This document shows, one piece after another, positions 57,498 through 61,571 of a DNA stretch of 61,571 nucleotides (the first letter of the stretch is position 1; every line of letters starts with the position of its first letter). The position numbers and the translations under genes are program-made. Origin of the DNA: Anaeromyxobacter sp. (lineage in GTDB: Bacteria > Myxococcota > Myxococcia > Myxococcales > Anaeromyxobacteraceae); NCBI GenBank assembly GCA_031427995.1, contig JANPOM010000191.1, positions 1 to 61,571 on the forward strand, read 5' to 3'. Below the pieces are notes generated by a model. That model was not told the DNA's origin, ran no database searches, and saw nothing but the letters and a program-made list of their open reading frames with translations.

Positions 57498-58850
57498 CTA
57501 CTCGGTCCAGCCGCCAGTGGCGGTGTCGAGGTCGTCCACGAACTGGAGGCCCGCCGGGAGCGCCAGCGAGTTGCTCACGAAGGCGAGGATCGTCGACCGC
57601 GTCCAGGAACTCCCGGGAGGCGTGCCGGTGGAGACGAAGATGGCCGTGCTGGTGCGGTTCGCCGGGATGACGAGCGGCACGCTCACCGGCCCCGTGCTGG
57701 GGAAGTAATTCCCTCCAGTGCTGGTCCAGGCCGAGGCGCCGTTGAGCGCGACGCTGGCCTGCTCGCCCCAGGCCCCGTAGGCCGTGACGCGGATCACCGG
57801 CGTCCATGTGACCGGGGCCGCGGTGGCATTGCGGATCCGGAAGAGGGCGGCCACCACCTTCCCGTCGGTCGAGCTGACGTAGACGAAGGACTCGGCGTGG
57901 ATCAGGGCGTTGGCGCCAGCGAACCCCTTGCGGTTGAAGAGGGTGCGCAGGACCGCCTTGTCGGGGCTGAGCTGCGAAGCGATCGCGCCGCCGTCGGTCC
58001 AGGCGCTCGGAGCGATGCCGCCGAAGAGCGAGGCGTCGTTGCCAGCCATCCAGCCGGAGGCCTGGTCGTAGGTATTGAAGACGGCGAACCGGTAGCTGGC
58101 GGTCTGCGGGATCACCAGCGTGGTCGGGACCCAGGCTCCGGTGGCGCTGGACCAGGCCATCACCTGGCCGTTGACCGGCGTGGTTGCCGCGACCGGGCTG
58201 CCCTGGAGCGCGGTGACGGTGTTGCCGCCTGGCCAACCGGTCACGTCACCGGCCAGATCGGCCGCGGCCAGCGACACCGTGCCACCGAGAGGCACGGCGC
58301 CGCCACCGGTGAGCCCGGCGCCCGCCGTGACGGTCACGGCGCTGTTCGCCAGCATGGCGTTGATCACGCCGCCGGCGGCGATCTCGATGAGCCCGGAGGC
58401 GGTGATGGGCCCGCCGGTGAGGCCGGCGCCGGTGTCAATCTGGACGACCGAGCCCAGGCCCGCCGGCCCCTGGGCGCCGGTATCACCCTTCAGCCCCTGA
58501 GGTCCCTGTGCGCCGGTGGCGCCAACCGAGGCGACGAGCTGCCAGTCGCCGTTCGGGGGGGCCAGGCCGAGCACCGGGGTGGTCACGGCGACGTAGGAGG
58601 AGCCCAGGTAGTCCACCGCGTCGTCGGCCTGGTAGCGGGTGACGTCGCTCCAGCCTCCCACCCAGTTGGCGCCCCGCGAGCCCTGCGGTCCCGGCAGTCC
58701 CTGCGGTCCAGCCGCTCCGGGGAGCCCCTGCGCGCCCTGGACGCCCTGGACGCCCGAAGGTCCCGCGTTGCCCTGGGTCCCATCGGTGCCGCCCGGGCCA
58801 CTGCAGGCGGAGACCACCGCGAAGACCGCGATCATCGACAGGCGTCTCAT
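57498..58850 (-). CDS. collagen-like-repeat lipoprotein with CBM5/12-like and tail-fibre-like segments
   Basis: Start MRRLSMIAVFAVVSACSG (lipobox) inside ORF 57498..59015. 14 G-X-Y triplets (58674..58799), then WVGGWSDVTRYQADDAVDYLGSSYVA...GDWQL, a second run of 8 G-X-Y triplets, then GAGLTGG-type repeats and an unknown ~190-aa C-terminal domain. Confidence 0.8.
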   Translation of the reverse strand: MRRLSMIAVFAVVSACSGPGGTDGTQGNAGPSGVQGVQGAQGLPGAAGPQGLPGPQGSRGANWVGGWSDVTRYQADDAVDYLGSSYVAVTTPVLGLAPPNGDWQLVASVGATGAQGPQGLKGDTGAQGPAGLGSVVQIDTGAGLTGGPITASGLIEIAAGGVINAMLANSAVTVTAGAGLTGGGAVPLGGTVSLAAADLAGDVTGWPGGNTVTALQGSPVAATTPVNGQVMAWSSATGAWVPTTLVIPQTASYRFAVFNTYDQASGWMAGNDASLFGGIAPSAWTDGGAIASQLSPDKAVLRTLFNRKGFAGANALIHAESFVYVSSTDGKVVAALFRIRNATAAPVTWTPVIRVTAYGAWGEQASVALNGASAWTSTGGNYFPSTGPVSVPLVIPANRTSTAIFVSTGTPPGSSWTRSTILAFVSNSLALPAGLQFVDDLDTATGGWTE

Positions 58851-59104
58851 GGGTTCCCCTTCCGATCGGGACAAGAGCAGCAGGTGTTGGGTAGCAGGAA
58901 CAGACGGATCGCGGAAGCCCGTGAGCATGGTACGGCCGGCGGCCCACATGCACCTACAGTAAATGGTGGTCTCCCGGCGCCGGCCTGGGCGGCATCCGGC
59001 CGCAGCCGCACCCACGCGGTCAACCTCGGCCGTCTTGCTGGCGAATCGGCCCTCCTTGGACTACACCCGGGGGGCCGCTTCTTTCACACCTTGGAAGGAA
59101 AATC

Positions 59105-60031
59105 ATGTCGCTCTACCAGCACTTCAAGGGGAAGGGCCCGAGCGGCTTCGGGTACGGCAGCACCGCCGAAGAGGTCACCGCGGGGCTCTCGCTCCAAGGG
59201 GAAACCATCCTCGTCACCGGCTGCAACTCCGGGCTGGGGCTCGAGGCGATGCGGGTGCTGGTGATGCGCGGCGCCCGGGTGCTCGGCACGGCCCGGACGC
59301 TGGAGAAGGCCAGGGCGGCCTGCGTCTCGGTGGGCGGGCAGGCGGTGCCGTTCGCCTGCGAGCTCTCCGACCCGGCCAGCGTGCGCGCCTGCGTCGAGGC
59401 GGTGAAGCGCGGCGGCCACCGGCTCGACGCGCTCATCTGCAACGCCGGGATCATGGCGCTGCCGAAGCGGGAACAGGCCTTCGGCGTCGAGCTGCAGCTC
59501 TTCACCAACCACGTCGGCCACTTCATCCTGGTGAACGGCCTGCTCGACCGGCTCGCCGAGGACGGGCGCGTCGTCATGCTGAGCAGCGATGCCCACCGCA
59601 TGGCTCCCAGGGCCGGCATCCTCTTCGACGATCTAGCCGGCGACCACGGCTACACTGCCTGGGGCCATTACGGCCAGTCGAAGCTGGCCAACCTGCTCTT
59701 CGCCAAGGAGCTGGCGCGCCGCTTCTCCGGGACGCGCAGGACCGCCAACGCGCTCCATCCCGGCGTGATCCGGACCAACCTGAGCCGGCACATGTCCGGG
59801 ATCGCCAACTTCGTCTTTGGCCTGGCCGGGCCGCTGGTCCTCAAGTCGGTGCCGCAGGGCGCGGCCACCGAGGTCTACTTGGCGGTGCACCCGGCCGTGG
59901 CAGCCACCACTGGCGCCTACTTCGCCGACAGCAACCTGGCCCGGCCGCGCGCCGATGCCGACGACGCCGCCATGGCGCGGAGGCTCTGGGAGGTCACCGA
60001 GAAGATCGTGGGCGGGCTGCCGGCGCGGTAG
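59105..60031 (+). CDS. SDR-family oxidoreductase (retinol dehydrogenase/WWOX-like)
   Basis: TGCNSGLGLE cofactor motif, NAG, catalytic YGQSKLAN. Confidence 0.9.
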   Translation: MSLYQHFKGKGPSGFGYGSTAEEVTAGLSLQGETILVTGCNSGLGLEAMRVLVMRGARVLGTARTLEKARAACVSVGGQAVPFACELSDPASVRACVEAVKRGGHRLDALICNAGIMALPKREQAFGVELQLFTNHVGHFILVNGLLDRLAEDGRVVMLSSDAHRMAPRAGILFDDLAGDHGYTAWGHYGQSKLANLLFAKELARRFSGTRRTANALHPGVIRTNLSRHMSGIANFVFGLAGPLVLKSVPQGAATEVYLAVHPAVAATTGAYFADSNLARPRADADDAAMARRLWEVTEKIVGGLPAR

Positions 60032-60068
60032 CCCGGTCACGGCTTCCCGTCGCCTGCCGGGGCTGACG

Positions 60069-60485
60069 TCAGCTCCCCACCACCTCGAGCCCCGACGCCC
60101 GGGCGGCGCGCGCGAGCTGCCGGTCGTGCGTCGCGAGGACCAGCCCCGGCGCGCGCTTCGCGGCCAGCTCCAACGCCGTCGCGAGGTGGATGGCGTCGAG
60201 CGAGCCGAGCGTGGTGGGCATCGGCCCAGCGGCCCGCTCCAGGACTCGATCGGAAAGCGCGATGATCTCCACCGAGCGCAGGACGCGGCGCGACTCGCGC
60301 TGGAGCTGCTCCACCTGCCCGTCGTCGATGTCGCCGGCGAGTCGGGCCCGGTCGATGACCCGGCCCAGCTCGACCACCAGGACGCGTGACGCGTAGGCCT
60401 CCTGGACCTTCGGCCACTCGGCAAGGGCCCCGGGCTCGCCGAAGAGCTTCCGCAGCACGACGCTGGTGTCGAGCAGGGCGATCAC
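60069..60485 (-). CDS. vapC: PIN-domain toxin VapC
   Basis: MIALLDTSVVL..., DAIHLATALEL, LATHDRQLARAARASGLEV. 4-nt overlap with the upstream antitoxin. Confidence 0.85.
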   Translation of the reverse strand: MIALLDTSVVLRKLFGEPGALAEWPKVQEAYASRVLVVELGRVIDRARLAGDIDDGQVEQLQRESRRVLRSVEIIALSDRVLERAAGPMPTTLGSLDAIHLATALELAAKRAPGLVLATHDRQLARAARASGLEVVGS

Positions 60486-60766
60486 CGGCGCTTCCGGTCC
60501 TCGTCGAGCAGCGACCTCGTCGACCGGCCACGGTACCGGATGGGACGAACCTTCAGCTTCGAGAAGGGCGGGGCGCCGGGATCCCTGGCCTGCGCGACCT
60601 GAAGGTCCTCGACCGCCCCCGGCTCGGTCTCGCGGAAGGGCACCAGTCGCGCCACCGGCTCGTCGCGGTCGGTCACCACTACCTCTGCGCCGGCCCGGAC
60701 GGCACGCATGTACTGGCCCATCTTGGCCTTGAGCCTGGAGGAACTGGTTCTATGCGTCATGGACAT
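60482..60766 (-). CDS. Phd/YefM-type antitoxin (VapB role)
   Basis: MSMTHRTSSSRLKAKMGQYMRAVRAGAEVVVTDRDEPVARLVP is the typical Phd/YefM N-terminal fold. The C-terminal tail is basic and disordered. Confidence 0.7.
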   Translation of the reverse strand: MSMTHRTSSSRLKAKMGQYMRAVRAGAEVVVTDRDEPVARLVPFRETEPGAVEDLQVAQARDPGAPPFSKLKVRPIRYRGRSTRSLLDEDRKRR

Positions 60767-60843
60767 GAGGGTACAAAGATGGACATGACTGGTCAAGACG
60801 CGGGCAGACCCGGGTCGAGGGCCGTCCCGGGGTGGTGCAGCGT

Positions 60844-61305
60844 CTAGTCCACCTCGGGGCCGAAGACGGCGGTGAGGCGGCGCAGCAGCTCGTCGCGGAC
60901 TTCGCGGAACGCCTGGAACCGCGCCTCCTCGGTGGCCCCGTTTCCGGCCGGGTCCGGCAGGCCCCAGTGGATCCGCCTGGCCTTGCCGAGGAAGACCGGG
61001 CAGACCTCCTCTGCGCAGAGAGTGATGACCACCTCCACGCCTTCCGGCGGGATGGTCTCCACGTTCTTGGAGCGGTGGCTCCGCAGGTCGATGCCGAGCT
61101 CGTCGAGCGCACGGATGGCGAGCGGGTTGACCTTGGACGGCTTCGAACCCGCCGACGAGATGGTCACGCCGGGGGGCGCGAGCGAGCGGGCGATCCCCTC
61201 GGCCATCGGGCTGCGCGCCGAGTTGGCCACGCAGAGGAAGAGGAGATGCCTGGGGGCGAGCTTTCGCAGCTCCTCGGCCTCGGCCTGCCAGGAGGCGTCG
61301 TTCAC
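60844..61305 (-). CDS. arsC: arsenate reductase, LMW-PTP (thioredoxin-coupled) type
   Basis: P-loop [16 protein letters not shown], plus downstream Cys (TLCAEEVC). 4-nt overlap with the acr3 stop. Confidence 0.85.
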   Translation of the reverse strand: MNDASWQAEAEELRKLAPRHLLFLCVANSARSPMAEGIARSLAPPGVTISSAGSKPSKVNPLAIRALDELGIDLRSHRSKNVETIPPEGVEVVITLCAEEVCPVFLGKARRIHWGLPDPAGNGATEEARFQAFREVRDELLRRLTAVFGPEVD

Positions 61306-61571
61306 GGCTTCACCTCTCCCGTGGCCGGGAAGCTCCCGGCGCAGTTCTTGACTGCTTCCAGCCGCGCCCTCTCGCCGGGGAACCAGCGGTTTCTGAGCCG
61401 CAGCGAGACGTTGACGAGACCGATCAGGACCGGCACCTCCACCAGCGGCCCGATGACGGCGGCGAAGGCGGCGCCATGGTTCATTCCGAAGGTGGCGACG
61501 GCGACGGCGATGGCCAGCTCGAAGTTGTTGGAGGAGGCCGTGAACGACAGCGTCGCGGTCTGGCCGTAGCT
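61302..61571 (-). CDS. acr3: ACR3-family arsenite efflux transporter (3' end only; gene continues beyond the window)
   Basis: The frame is open to the window edge: [57 protein letters not shown], the conserved ACR3 C-terminus. Confidence 0.85.
   Translation of the reverse strand, partial: SYGQTATLSFTASSNNFELAIAVAVATFGMNHGAAFAAVIGPLVEVPVLIGLVNVSLRLRNRWFPGERARLEAVKNCAGSFPATGEVKP

Noticed and set aside
58851-59104. Divergent region upstream of the collagen-like gene examined for a c-di-GMP (GEMM) riboswitch
   Set aside because: No GEMM-like conserved segments were seen. There is only a modest drop in GC.

Overview
Very GC-rich, gene-dense chromosomal segment. GC was not computed, but by eye it is well above 65 %, and long antisense shadow ORFs are everywhere. 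By inference only, gene content fits an Anaeromyxobacter-like member of the Myxococcota: selenocysteine use, histone-H1-like Ala/Lys/Pro tails and many c-di-GMP proteins.

Most of the window is core metabolism and transport:
- A complete Pho supra-operon on the minus strand: phoB-phoR-porin-pstSCAB-phoU.
- Two tandem POT peptide transporters and a K+/H+ antiporter.
- A long minus-strand gene string containing an ExbB/ExbD pair and a stand-alone MshEN-type c-di-GMP receptor.
- A selenocysteine formate dehydrogenase operon, fdnGHI-fdhE.
- A NitT/TauT-type ABC transporter.
- lutABC plus a fused FAD/Fe-S D-lactate dehydrogenase.
- A c-di-GMP signalling cluster.
- A VapBC pair and the start of an ars cluster.

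The observations I consider most worth follow-up:
1. A thioredoxin-fold/TPR protein whose redox motif reads W-[TGA]-P-T-C. It is a probable unannotated UxxC selenoprotein that the ORF track splits.
2. A small accessory islet at 43.3-45.2 kb with an intact HEPN (Rx4H) gene translationally coupled to an 82-aa ORF, surrounded by decayed toxin and recombinase remnants.
3. A ~95-nt palindromic intergenic repeat family, with 2 full and 2 half copies; three copies cluster around one gene.
4. An MshEN-domain protein sitting in the TonB/TolA position of an exbBD cluster.
5. A MaoC-type hot-dog protein fused to a histone-H1-like tail.
6. A collagen-like, tail-fibre-like lipoprotein.

I recognised no rRNA, tRNA, CRISPR array or intact IS element. 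All functional calls come from by-eye motif recognition; no database search was possible.
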